Source: Heterodontus francisci (taxonomy: Eukaryota). Taken from it: a DNA stretch of 64,000 bases. Below are positions 23,801 to 36,499 of the stretch, piece after piece; within the stretch, counting starts at the first letter, position 1; every line of letters begins with the position of its first letter. The stretch spans positions 6,262,001 to 6,326,000 of the forward strand of contig NC_090404.1 of NCBI RefSeq assembly GCF_036365525.1. Direction: 5' to 3'. The notes beneath the pieces are model-generated. The model saw nothing but the letters and a program-made list of their open reading frames with translations, ran no database searches and had not been told where the DNA came from. The position numbers and the translations under genes are program-made.

Positions 23801-26800
23801 TACTATCCTGTGCCTCCAGATTACTAGTCCAGTAACATTAGCAGAACGACACCGCCTCCTACATGTGATAAGTAGACAATTAGAAAAATAATGATATGAT
23901 TGGGCAGAGTCAACACGGATTTATGAAAGGGAAATCCTGTTTGACAAACCTGTTTCAGTTTATCGAGGATGTTACTTGTATCATAGATAAAGAAGAACCA
24001 GTAGATTTGGTGTATTTGGATTTTCAGAAGGCTCTTGATAAGGAGTCATAGAGTCATAAAATTTAACAGCACAGAAACAGGCCCTTCGGCCCATCGTGTC
24101 CATGCCGGCCATCAAGCACCTATCTATTCTAGTCCCATTTTCCAGCACTTGGCCCGTAGCTTTGCATGCTATGCCGTTTCAAGTGCTCATCTAAATACTT
24201 CTTAAATGTTGTGAGGGTTCCTGCCTCTACCACCCCTTCAGGCAGACTGTTCCAGATTCTAACAGATGCCCCCTGGTTATTGACCACTCCGTTAATGGTT
24301 TCTTCCTATCTACCCTATCAATGCCCCTCATAATTATGTATACCTCGATCAGGTCTCCCCTCAGCCGTCTCTGCTCTAAGGAAAGCAACCCGAGCCTATG
24401 CAATCTCTCTTTAGAGCTGAAATTCGCCAGCCCAGGCAACATCCTGGTGAATCTCCTCTGCACCCTCTCCAGTGCAATCACATCCTTCCTATAGTGTGGC
24501 GACTAGAACTGTACACAGTACTCCAGCTGTGGCCTAACTAACGTTTTATACAGCTCCATCATAACCTCCCTGCTCTTATATTCTATGCCTCGGCCAATAA
24601 AGGAAAGTATCCATATGCTTTCCTAACCACCTTATCTACCTGTGTTGCTGCCTTCAGTGATCTATGTACAAGTACATCAAGGTCCCTCTGACTCTCTGTA
24701 CTCCCTAGGGTCCTACCATCCATTGTATATTCCTTTGCCTTGATAGTCCTCCCAAAATGCATCAACTCACACTTCTCAGGATTAAATTCCATTTGCCACT
24801 GCTCTGCCCATCTTACCAGCCCATCTATATCATCCTGGAATCTAAGGCTTCCCTCCTCACTATTTACGACACCACCAATTTTCGTGTCATCTGCGAACGT
24901 ACTGATCATACCTCCTATATTCACATCTAAATCATTAATGTACCCTGCAAACAGCAAGAGTCCCAGCACCGATCCCTACGGTACACCACTGGTCACAGGT
25001 TTCCACTCACAAAAACAACCCTCGACCATCACCCTCTGCCTCCTGCAACTAAGCCCATTTTGGATCCAATTTGCCAAATTGCCCTGGATCCCATGGGCTC
25101 TTACCTTCTGAATCAACCTCCCACGTGGGACCTTATCAAAAGCCTTACTGAAGTCCATGTCGACTACATCAACTGCTTTACCCTCATCTACACATCTAGT
25201 CACCTCCTCGAAAAATTCAATCAAATTAGTTAGACATGATCTCCCCCTGACAAAGCCATGCTGACTATCCCTGATTAATTCCTGCCTCTCCAAGTGTAGA
25301 TTAATCCTGTCCCTCAGAATGTTTTCCAATAGTTTCCCTACCACTGAGGTTAGACTCACCAGCCTGTAATTACCTAGTTATCCCTGCTACCCTTCTTGAA
25401 TAATGGCACCACATTCGTTGGAGGTTACTAAACCAAATTAGAGCACATGGGATTGGGGGTAATATACTGATAAGGATTGAAAATTTGTTAACAGACAGAA
25501 AAACAGAGCGTAGGATTAAACAGGTTATTGTCAGATTGGCAGGCTGTTACGAGTGGGTATCGCAAGGGTCAGTGCTTGGGCCAGAGCTGTTCACAAACTC
25601 TCTAAATGATTTAGAGATGGAGACCCAATGTAAAATTTCCAAATTTGCTGATGGCACAAAACTTGGTTAGAATGCAGATTGTGAGGAAGATGCAAAGAGG
25701 CTTCAATGGGACTTCGACCGGTTAAGTGTATGGGCAAGAACATGGTAGATGGAATATTATGTGAATAAGTGTGAATTTAGCAGAAAAACAGAAATGCGAA
25801 GTATTTCATAAATGCTGAGAGTTTTGGAAATGTTCATGTCCAAAGGGGCCTGGGTGTCCTGGTTCATGAGTCACCAAAAGTTAGCATGCAGGTGCAGCAA
25901 GCAATTAGGAAAGAAATGTTATGTTGGCCTTCATCGCAAGGGGATTTGAGTACACGAGTAAAGATGTCTTGCTGCAATTGTACACAGCCTTGGTGATACC
26001 GCATCTGTAGTATTGTGTACAGTTTTGGTCTCCTCATCTAAATCAGGATATATTTGCCACAGCGGTGTGCAATGTAGGTTCACCAGACTAACCCCTGGGA
26101 TGGCGGGCTTGCCTTATGAGGAGCGATTGAGGAAACTGGGCCTCAGTTCTCTAGAGTTTCAAAGAATGAAAGGTGATCTCGTTTGAAACTTACAGATGTC
26201 TTACAGGGCGTGACAGGATGGATTTAAATAGGATGTTTCCTCTAGCTGGTGAGTCTAGAAGCAGGGGACAGCTTATCAGAATAAAGGGTAGGGCATTGAA
26301 GACTAACATGAAGAGGAATTTCATCATTCAGAGGGTGGTGAATCTTTGGAATTCATTACCCCAGAGAGCTGTCGAAACTCAATCATTGAGCATGTCCAAG
26401 ATAGAAATCGATAGATTTCTGGATACTAACGACATCAAAGGATATGGGGATAGTGTGGGAAAGTGGCATTGAGGTAGATGATCAGCCATGATCTATTTGA
26501 ATGGCGGAGCAGGCTCGACAGGCTGAATGGCCTACTCCTGTTCCGATGTTCATATCAGTGCAAGAAATCAAAGCTGATAATATAAGAACATCAGTAATAG
26601 GAGCAGGAGTAGACCATTCCACCTTTCAATTCTGCTCCGCCATTCAATAAAGTCAAGGCTGATCATTTAGTCCACCTTCCCGCACTATCCCTATACCCCT
26701 TGATTCCTTTAGTATCCACAAATCTATCGAACACTGCCTGGAATATACTCAACCACTGGGCATCCAGAGCTCTCTGATGTATAGAATTCCACAGACTCAT

Positions 26801-27130
26801 AACAAACGTTCGACTGAAGACATTTCTCCTCATCTCAGTTCTAAATGGCCGACCCCATTTTCTGAGGCTGTAACTCCAAGCTGTAGACTGAGGAATCACT
26901 GCCCCAGCATTTAACCTGTCAAGGCCCTTAGGAAATTTATATGTTTTAATGAGGTCACCTCTTATTCTTCTAAATTCTATGGAATATATGCAGTGTCTCG
27001 TCAAACTCTCCGCATAGGACTATCTCTCTATCCCAGGACGCAGTCTACAGAGCCTTTGTATCACTCCTTCCAAAGCAAATATATTTTACCTTAACTAAGG
27101 TGATCAAAACTGCACACCACAGTACCCCAG
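20895..27130. mobile_element. Nested cluster of CR1 LINE fragments in both orientations, plus a SINE, filling the NARTCR J-to-supporting-V intron
   Basis: Many ORFs with CR1 APE/RT motifs (LDLVLGN, YLDFQKAFDKVPH, PQGSVL, FADDTK) on + (20916-23443, 25420-26550) and - (24045-25400, 26580-27120). Confidence 0.9.
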
Positions 27131-28126
27131 AATACACCAGAGTTCGTCACTGCCCTTCCCTTCATAAACCTCGCCCAACACCCTATTGTCCGATTATACT
27201 TTGAACGGCCCAGAGTTTGTTAAATATTTCTATCCATTTTGGGTGAATTATTTTTTGCTGGTTCTAAATAGATTTTCCTCCAGTCTGTACTTGTTCCGTC
27301 GAGTCTTCCGGTTTTACTCTCTTGAACATGAGCATCTCATCCTCGCTCGCTCAATGTCCAGTGTTGTTTCAATAAACAGTTAACAGGGATACTGATAAAT
27401 TGCTTCAATCCAACCTCTAAACATCAATATTCAATATATAGAAATATCTGCAGTTCCAAATTTTCACATTTCAATCGGAGGGCGGAAAAGGAGGAAAAAT
27501 AAATTTCATCTACAATATAACTAATTTCAGTCACTGAAACCCAATAATAAAATGTCACCTGGACCTACAACAGGATCTCTTGTACCTGAAGCCTGTTTTG
27601 TCATGTTGTAGTTTTTCTGCTGCTGCAAGTATCGGACCGGCCTCTGCAGTGTAGTGTCCACTCTCCCACTATTCACATTGCCCAGCACAGACTGCAATCC
27701 CCTGCCCAGGAGAGAGTTCTGTGACCCCGCTCCTGTTCTCACAGGGACAGTCACATGTAACAGCGAGAGCGGGGTCAGACCGTCGACAATCTGAGCTCAT
27801 TTAAACCTGAGGGAAAGAGAGTAAGTCCGGGATGTTGATGGGATGCTGGGATATGTCCGTTAAACCAATGCTGTTCTAGATGGGGTCAAACCTACTTGGG
27901 CCAGACTGTCTTCTTTGTGGGTGTCTCACATCTAGTCACTCCGAACTCAACCCCGGACTCGACTCCCAGTTCATATTCTGTTCCCCAATCTAAAGCTGCA
28001 GTAGGAAAAGTTCTGTTGGAAACCGCTGTGTTTTAGTTTGAAGGGGATTGAAGTGTTACTGATAACAATGATAAAGTGACGATGAACATTAACAAGGACG
28101 GCCTATATGGGTTTGGAATCACTTAC

Positions 28127-28178
28127 CGGCTGTGACAGTCACCACCGTCCCGGATCCATCCACAGAACCATCATGCAC
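28127..28178 (-). other. NARTCR: NARTCR J segment
   Basis: VHDGSVDGSGTVVTVTA then G|GTAAGT; 5' 23-RSS (heptamer 28179-28185, nonamer ACAAGAACT 28209-28217). Confidence 0.88.
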
Positions 28179-28569
28179 CACAGTGGCACCGCTCCGAGTC
28201 AGCCCAGTACAAGAACTACCGACGCCTCAATCTCCTGGCCACACATCACCAGAGAGTTAGCGATGCCCAAATATTCCAGGGGTTTCAGTTCATTTTACAA
28301 TATTCCCATGTTTCACAATCCCTATCTGTTCAAACTGTTCTTTTTGACACTCTGAGCTCTTCGTGAAATGGCCCAGGAACACGGGCCGGATTTGGGTGCT
28401 CGATATAAAAGGAAAATAATGTCAAAGAAAGCTAACAGAAAGGGGGAAATTACAATGAAATTAAACCAGATTGCAGCGATAATAACATCAATCTTACAAT
28501 TTAGGCTTGGACCTGGGGAGTTTATATTTTGATTGTACAGAGGTATTTGTTCAGGACTCTCCCACTCTG

Positions 28570-28583
28570 GCCATCCCCGTAAA
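28570..28583 (-). other. NARTCR: NARTCR D segment TTTACGGGGATGGC (12-D-12)
   Basis: V-side RSS CACAGTG-12-ACAAAATCT (28584-28611); J-side RSS CAGAGTG-12-ACAAATACC (28542-28569) with mutated third heptamer base. Confidence 0.85.
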
Positions 28584-28969
28584 CACAGTGTTTCAAGTCA
28601 GCACAAAATCTCCCGGTACATGGTGAGATGTGGGGACATGAGCTAAATGGCAGGGGCTGCGGTTCCCGGTTCCAGCTCTTAGATCAGGATCCCATATGGT
28701 GTTAGGGATTTATAACTGGAAACAGTCTTTCCCAATCGCTATTCGCTGACACCAATCCTGGAAAAGACATCACCATCCGCACACACTCAGCTTTTATAAA
28801 ACTCAATGTTAACGGGGACAATCCAATAACATTATAAACTAGACTGTGGGGCAGACGGTGCGAGGCTGAACTGTGGGGTTTAACAGCAAATTATCTCCGC
28901 TTTTTTATTTGTTTCTGTGATCATCTGAGAGAGATCTGGTACCGCGGGAAGCCGAAGATCATCACTGTG

Positions 28970-29243
28970 TACTCAGCTTTACAGCAATAGGTGGAGCTGT
29001 CTTCAACTCTCAGATCCCGAATTTCCAGCGAAAATGTCTTTTTTGCCTTATTCACCGACACATCAAATCGCCCTCTGCTGGAGATCCGCTCCCGCTCTGT
29101 CCTGGTCTGGGTTTGTCTGAAGAAATGTCCATCTTGGAAATAATCCCAATAACTATCATGGAAAACACAGGTGATGGTGAGAGACTGACACTCCATCCTG
29201 GTCACCGCTGCCGGGGTCTGTGTCACTGACTGACTGAAAGAGC
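28970..29243 (-). CDS. NARTCR: NARTCR V exon (IgNAR-like V)
   Basis: SVTQTPAAVTRMECQSLTITC..GHFFRQTQ..RISSRGRFDVSVNKAKKTFSLEIRDLRVEDSSTYCCKAEY: short FR2/CDR2, extra FR1 Cys; heptamer at 28963-28969 with a poor nonamer. Confidence 0.88.
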
Positions 29244-29391
29244 CTGGAAATTAAACAGAGAGAGTTTAATGGGCCATCAGAGCCGAACCACACAACGAGG
29301 CTAAAACCCCAGACAGTGTCTGTAATTCGGATGGACTCGGGCAGCTTTATATTAAATCCACACAATGTCGGTTTGTTTGATCGGTACTCAC

Positions 29392-29434
29392 GGGGTAAAC
29401 AGACACACAGGGTGAAAACAAGGAGGATTCCCAT
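29392..29434 (-). CDS. NARTCR: NARTCR V leader exon (MGILLVFTLCVCLP)
   Basis: ATG at 29434, phase-1 donor GTGAGT; TATAAA at 29459-29464. Confidence 0.88.
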
Positions 29435-30849
29435 CGTTCTGCTGCCTGGAGCTGATGGTTTATATGACGGGGAGCTGGAGACTGCAGTCCTGGACTGCTC
29501 TGGGAGACTGGACCTCAGAGCTGGACTGAAATATTTTAGGGAATCGATTTGCAGAGGACAGCGTCCCGGAGATGATTGATGGGTCTCACGGTTCCCGAGT
29601 CTCTGGCTGTGTTTTATGTGAATAAGTGACAGGGTTAAAGAGGGAACCTGCAGTTTTCTGTCACTTCATTGGGTCTGTGAGCCCGATGTGAAATTCCCTC
29701 CCACATTAGTCTGATGTACAGGGGGTGGGGCTGGGGGAGTTGTTCTGTCAGTAGAGGCTGCCGCCCTCCTTTCCCCCACAGTAATGAGCTGGGAGGTCGC
29801 TCCAAGTGTTTTTATTGAGTGGTGTTTGTTGAGGGTGGAATGTGGGCCCAGGACACCGGGAGAATCCTCCCTCCCCACTCTTATTCCAATAGTGCCGGGG
29901 ATTCTTTAACATCTCCATAAACGGATAAACTGATTACACAGCAGCACGTGTATTGAGTCCAATTCTATGTAGAAAGGATGACGAGACCTGGCAGAGGGTG
30001 TAGAGAAGATGTACTAGGATTGTACAGGGATGTGGGACTTTGGAGAGTTTAGAGAAGCTGCAATTATTGCCGGTATATCAACGAAGATTAAGGGAGATTT
30101 AATTGTGAGGTTGAAAATTCCATGGGGTTTTGATAGAGTATATCGCGCATTATTGTTCCCAACGGCCGGAAGTTTGATATTCCATTGGCCCAGATTTAAG
30201 GGAATTGACAAAAAAGACAAGGGAGAGGGGATTTATTTTTTACAGTGCGATTGTCAGGATTTGGAATGCACAGCCTGAAAAAGAGGAGGAAGCAGATTCA
30301 ATAGTAATTTTCAAAAGAGAACTGTATATGTACCTGAATGGGAAAAATGCAGGGCAGTGTCGAAAGAGCAGGGAGAGTAAGATTAAGGTGATGGCTCTTT
30401 CAAAGAGCCGGCACAGGTAAGATGGGCCGAATGGCATCATTCAGTGCTGTATGATCCTATACTTCTAGTCCCTTCCTTTCACTCGCAAGTTATTTGTTTC
30501 CAGTGCCTTGAACAGTGAGCAGGAGCTGCCTGGCAGCAGAATTCTGGCATCCAACCATCTCCCTTTCCATTCCATCAACACTGAGTTCATGTGAACGTCA
30601 CCGCGCACTTTCATCAGTTACACAGAATTTTGAGTGAACTCAAACTGGAGTTTGTAGCAACCCCGCCCAAAGCTTCAGCTTGCTGTTCCCTCTCTGACCT
30701 GCCTTGCCTGCTCTGTTTTATTGGAGAGATTGCTGTCGCTGTTCTTTGTTTTGTACTAGTTAGATCGACAGTGCAGTGGGGCCTGGATCTGTATTTCTGC
30801 TCCGACAGAGGATTTCCTGGATTGCAGAGTTACAGACTATAGGACCATC

Positions 30850-31341
30850 ATGTGGATCCGTCACACACCACTTCTCATTATTATAGCAAAGCTCAGTAAG
30901 TATAGTAAAAACTCTCCCTCCCCCACCTTGTCTGCTGTAGCAGAGCTGTTATTATAGATGAAATGATAGTGATGAGTCGTGTTGATGGTTATATTCATCC
31001 ATATGATGTCGATGTTCATTGTGACTGTTTCTATTTTTTGTATTTTAGAATGGAGCTACCAAGACACAATGAAACATCGGGTTCCTGAAATTATGGTTGA
31101 AGAGGAAAGTAATATCACACTAACCTGTACTTTGAAAGCAAGTACTTCTATTCTGGGACAGTCAGCACCCCGGGCAGCCTCCACAGTACGTGTTTTATCT
31201 CTACGGAGGGATAGTAAACCGGAACCCCGGCTTCACTGACCGATTCTCTTCGACCTTTAGTAAAACTGCCAAGAATTCCCAGCTGACGATCCACAACGCC
31301 CAGATCTCTGACACCGCCGTGTATTTCTGTGCCATGAGCTT
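30850..31341 (+). pseudogene. TCR alpha/delta V pseudogene (leader 30850-30895, V 31049-31341)
   Basis: ITLTC..frameshift in CDR1..QHPGQPPQYV..DTAVYFCAMS; heptamer CACATTG with no recognisable nonamer. Confidence 0.85.
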
Positions 31342-34197
31342 CACATTGCTGCAGAGAAATAGCCACACTGAGAGATCCAGTTGGAGCTCACCAGAGGGCG
31401 CTTTCACACTGATAAACAGAAGCAATGATTCAGCCCCCTCTGTGAGAGTCGCAGGAACCTTCTAAAAATTGCAATAAAACACAACAATCAGCAACAGCAG
31501 TCGACGTCCACTTGTGCAGTGATATTAGTTTGTGATTACAATGTGCATTTATAAGAAACCTGAACTTTTTATTCAATCTGTCATGCCTTGGGTCTATTTT
31601 TGTTTTTCTGCATCCTTTCCCTGTCTACTTGTTCCTCATTATCGTCTGTCTCCATTCTTTACCCATAATTAAATACATTTCCTTCTTCCAGACTTCAGGT
31701 TAAAGGCTTAAAACCTTTATTTCTGCTCGGCATATAAATTCAGAACCGCTCCAATCGTGATTTCTATGAACAGGAGCTGCCAGATCAGGCCAATGCCTCA
31801 ACAGTTTCTCACACCCTGTTCATGCGATCTGACCACCGGAGGGCGGCAGATAGCAATGATCTTTTCATGCATCAGACCCCGGGCAGTGAAGTGATTTGTA
31901 TTTCTCCAAGAAATTTAATAGTTGCAACCAATTTTCCTTAATGTGTTGGGAAGGTACTTCGGACAATAATCCTCACCAGGATGCATCCACATATCGAATG
32001 AGTGATACTGTCGGTGGCAGGACAAGTGAGTGGGAGGTTTGAAAGATGGGAAAAGAATTAATCTCGGATCAAACTTTCACCAGGCTGTTTCCAGGAGCGG
32101 TCGAAAAAACAAACTGCAGAATCAAGTCGGACCGACACATCCAGCACCGGTAGCATCCAAGCTACCGGTTAAACTGTCCTTTCTGTTTCCAGGCATCCGC
32201 CTTCCCCATAACGTTATGCATCGACATTCAGTTCAGCTCAGTGAGAGTTTGCTGACACCACCAGGAACTTCTTGCTGTCGCTTCATTAATAGAACAGGAT
32301 AGAGTTCCCATATTCTACCAATGGCATTTATTTCCTTCCCCCCCTCCCCACCAACCCCCCCCCCCCCCCCCCACGTGCATCTTTAAACCGCGGATATTTA
32401 ATTTCTTAAAACGGACACATTTTACAATTTAAAGTAAATCATTTCCATCAGAGCCGGTGCATTTATAATCTGGTGCAATTCTACGGGGAAACGGCAGCTG
32501 GAGGCGGTGAGGTGACAGTGACTGCTTTTAAAACCCAGATAGCATTAGATTGGGAGTGACATCAAGGAGCCTGAGTCGAACTGAAGTCAATGAGAATCAG
32601 GGGGAAAACTCTCCGCTGGTTGGAGTCACACCTAGCACAAAGTTTGTGGTTGTTGGAGGTCAATCATCTCAGTCCCAGGAGATCACAGCAGGAGTTCCTC
32701 AGGGTAGTGTCCTCGGCCCAACCATCTTCAGCTGCTTCATCAATGATCTTCCTTCAAGCCATAAGGTCAGAAGTGGGAATGTTCGCTGATGATTACATAG
32801 TGTTTACTGCCATTTGCAACTCCCCAGATAATGACTTATAAACAGAAAATGTTAAAATGCTGAGCCGGTCAGGTGGCTTCTGTGGAGAGAGAAACAGTTA
32901 TAGATTACAGTTGATGATTTCTAGATTTCCACTATCCACTGTATTTTGCCTCAGATAATGAAGCTGTCCATACCCACATGCAGCAAGACCGGGATAACAT
33001 TCAGGCTTGGGCTGACAATTGCAGGTAACATTCACTGCACAAAAGTACCAGGGCAATCATCATCTCCAACAATGGAAATCCCAAGCACTTCCCCCTGACA
33101 TTCAAAGCATTACCTTCGTTGAATTATTCACCATCGATATCCTGGGAGGGGGGTGGGGGAGAGGGGGAAGGGGGGAGGGGTCACCAGTGATCATTGGTAA
33201 TGTCACTGAACTAGCAACCCAGAGGCCCAGGCTAATGCCCTGGTGGCAGGTGTTCAAATCCCACCGCAGCAGCCGGTGGAATTTAAATTCAATTAATTAA
33301 CAGATGCAATCTGTTAATAAAAATCTGGAATTGAAAGCTAGTCTCAGTAATGGTGCCACGAAACTATCAACGACCTCATAAAAACACAGCTGGTACACTA
33401 ATGCCCTTTAGGGAAGGAAATCTGCCGTCCTTACCTGGTCTGGCCTACACGTGATTCCAGGGCCACAGCAAAGTGGTTGACTCTTACTTGCCCTCTGAAA
33501 TGGCCTAGCACGCCACTGAGTTGTCAAGGATAATTAGAGATGGGCAACAAATGCTGGACTTGCCAGTGATGCCCATATCCGGAGAATAGGAAAAAAAAAG
33601 TAATATGAGAAGCAATGGGTCCAGGATGACAAACAGCAGCTGTAATCCTGCTTGATTCCTTCTTTCTTCCACTATTACATTTGTTTATCTTCTCTTTCGC
33701 TTTCTGTTCTTCCTCTGTTTCAGTCTTTCTCTCGTCGCTGCCACTTTCTCTCGTTCACTCTCATTCATTATTTCTCTTTCTGCTATTACAATGTGAAAAA
33801 CTTCCAATAGTTACCTTGCACTACATGCGTATGATCTTCTTTTGAACAAGGCGATGCGGGGAGGGGGGGGGGGGGTGAATTACCAAACACAAACTCCGCC
33901 CAGCGCAATGATCTTCCACAATCTGTGTCTGTCCTCCTTTAACCTACTAACTGACGCTCTGAGTGATGCGGTGGAGGAGGAAGTCGAGAAAATGCATTTG
34001 ACCAATCAACGCTTCTGCTTAAACCCAGTTAATGCATTCAATACCTTTTCCAGCAGCAGAATTGCACGCGATACCTCCTCACCTTCTGTTATATCTTTCT
34101 GGCAAACATTGTCCCACTTTACTCCGTAGAGCAGATTGCAAGAGTACTTTTCCAATTACTATTCCAAGGGGTTGTTATTGAAGGTATAATAGAGCCC

Positions 34198-34639
34198 ATG
34201 TCGTACCATCATCTCGTTATATTATGGCTGGTGTTTGGTAGGTCATATCTTCTATCTGATTGCAGTCATGTGGCGTTATCAAACTTTCTAACACAGCATT
34301 ATGTTCAACCTTCCGTGACTTTTTTTTTAATTCAGGGGAAATTCGGGCAGATTCGGTGTCACAACCTCAGACCACGTTCTACGCAACTGAAGGAGAAAGT
34401 GTGAAAATAGACTGTAGTTACACAACAAACTACAATAACCCCGATCTATACTGGTACAGACAGCACTCGAACCAGGTCCCGCATTTTATTTTGCACCGGG
34501 ATAACAGCAGAAAATTGGATGCGGATTTTGTCAAGGGAAGATTCCAGGCCGGCCAGACCAACTCAGAAAAGATATTTCCTTTAACGATTACTGGCCTGGA
34601 AATTCAGGACGCCGCTGTGTATTTCTGTGGATTGAGCAG
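34198..34639 (+). CDS. Intact TCR alpha/delta V gene (leader 34198-34237, V exon 34336-34639)
   Basis: DSVSQPQ..VKIDCSY..LYWYRQ..DAAVYFCGLS; perfect 23-RSS CACAGTG-23-ACAAAAACC at 34640-34678. Confidence 0.93.
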
Positions 34640-35178
34640 CACAGTGGGTTAAAACTCAGCTGTGGCTGTACAAAAACCTCAGTGAAATAAAACTGCCGCA
34701 GGTGGTGTCTCGGGTTCAAAGGAACGCAAGTTGCTCTGTAAGAGTCAGCCGTGGCTAAGTCGGTCTTACTCCTGCATCTTAGTTAGACGTTTATAGGGTC
34801 AATTCCCATTTCACTGACTTCAGTCCATAATCCAAGCTGACACTCCCGGTGTCAGTACTGAGGGAGCGCTGAACTGCTGGAGTTTCCGCCTTTTGGATCA
34901 GAGTTAAACTGAGGGCCCTCACACCATAGACTGTACTGAGTGCAAGAATGACCCCATCGGCAGATATTTTATGCTGTGGATCAAAGGACTGCAGATGAGC
35001 CAGGACCCTCATTTGAATCTCATTACAATATATGGCGGGTTGATTGAAGATTGCATCAATTCAGGGAAACAGTGAGACCGGGAAATGGCGATGAACCAAT
35101 AGGAGCCTCTGAGGGTATCTATTCCGGTCTGGGTTTGGGCTTTTAAATGGGCCAGCCTATTCGGTCATGACAGCAGTC

Positions 35179-35224
35179 ATGCAGATATTCAGCGCCTGGC
35201 TTGTGTTTAGGCTGTTTACTGTCT
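35179..35224 (+). pseudogene. Orphan V-type leader exon with promoter
   Basis: MQIFSAWLVFRLFTV plus phase-1 T|GTAAG; CCAAT near 35096 and TTTAAA near 35142; no V exon follows before a long transposon stack. Confidence 0.55.
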
Positions 35225-35315
35225 GTAAGGATGTCTCTAATCTTATCGTGTTCAAACTGAAATGATTTTTTTTTACTGACGCCTTTTCATACTCGGTTTC
35301 ATCTTTCTGAACACA

Positions 35316-36144
35316 TGTTACAGATCAGAGTAATGCAGATAATGCAGGACAGTGGATTACAAAAAGAGGCAAGGTCTAGAAGAAAAGTGAAATTTATTAA
35401 AACTTAAAACTTTAATTTGGTTAATGCCTACGGATACACGCCACACCCCACGCACATGCAAACAAAGACTGAAAAGAGCAGAAGAAAGATAAAGTGGAGA
35501 GGTTTGAGGCAATATCTGAAGAGTTTCTTGTTGCTGTGCTTCGAGCTCATGGTAGAATCCTTTTGTAGGTAGTTCTTGCTTGTAGGTAATTCTTGTTTTT
35601 CGTTGGGGCTCAGTATTCTTCTTAAACCTTGTTCACTGTAGGAGACTTTTCTCTCTTGGGGTTCATGTGTCTTCAATGGATTCCAAAGCTGGTGAGAAAG
35701 GGATGAGAGCAGACAAGGAGAGGCTGCTGGCAAACCAGCCACGAGAGGTCTTTTCAGTCCAAGAGCAAACAGTTTTCTGTCTTCAAACACTATTTTCTCC
35801 AATTTTAAACTCTCAGTTCAAAACTCTGCAACAGCCAGTTCGTCATGCGACCAAACTGGTCTGACCAGGTCTGTTCTGTGTATTCAGCCATCTTAGCAGT
35901 CAGTCTGGATTGCTAGCTCCTCCACCTTCAATGTCTGGTAATCAAAAGTCCATTGTGGATTGAATGTGTCAGGGAATGGTCTTTTGTCCTTTTTAAGCAC
36001 TGTCTGTAAACATGCAAATGTCTGTCCAGTCAAGGGTGTTTTTTTAAAGCAAGTTCTTTCTTTACTCCAGTAACAGTTTAAAATCAATGTTCATGTGGCG
36101 AAGTTAATATGCCTCATTCTTGGCAGGTGGGGCCCTGCGTGACA
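35316..36144 (-). mobile_element. Probable solo LTR
   Basis: ~830 bp noncoding block bounded by TGTTAC...GTGACA, minus-strand AATAAA near 35392; flanks caca/cact are only an imperfect TSD. Confidence 0.45.
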
Positions 36145-36499
36145 CACTACAGTAACTCACCAAGCCTTCTTTGACAACACCTTCCACACCCATGACCACC
36201 ACCCCCAAGAGGACAAGGGCAGCAGACACGTGACCATCTGAAAGTTCCCCTCCAAGACACACATCATCCTGACTTGGAACTATATCAATGTTCCTTCACT
36301 GTTGCTGCGTGAGAACAGCACTGTGGGTGTGCCTATACCATATCGACTGTAACGGTTCAAGAAGGTGGCTTACCACCATCTTTGCAAGGGCAATTGGGGA
36401 TGGGAAATAAATTGTGGCTTTGCCAGCGATGCTCACATCCCATGAAAGAATTTTTTAAAAAACCAGCAGAAGCAGCAGCTGTAAGAGCAGCAGCAGCCT

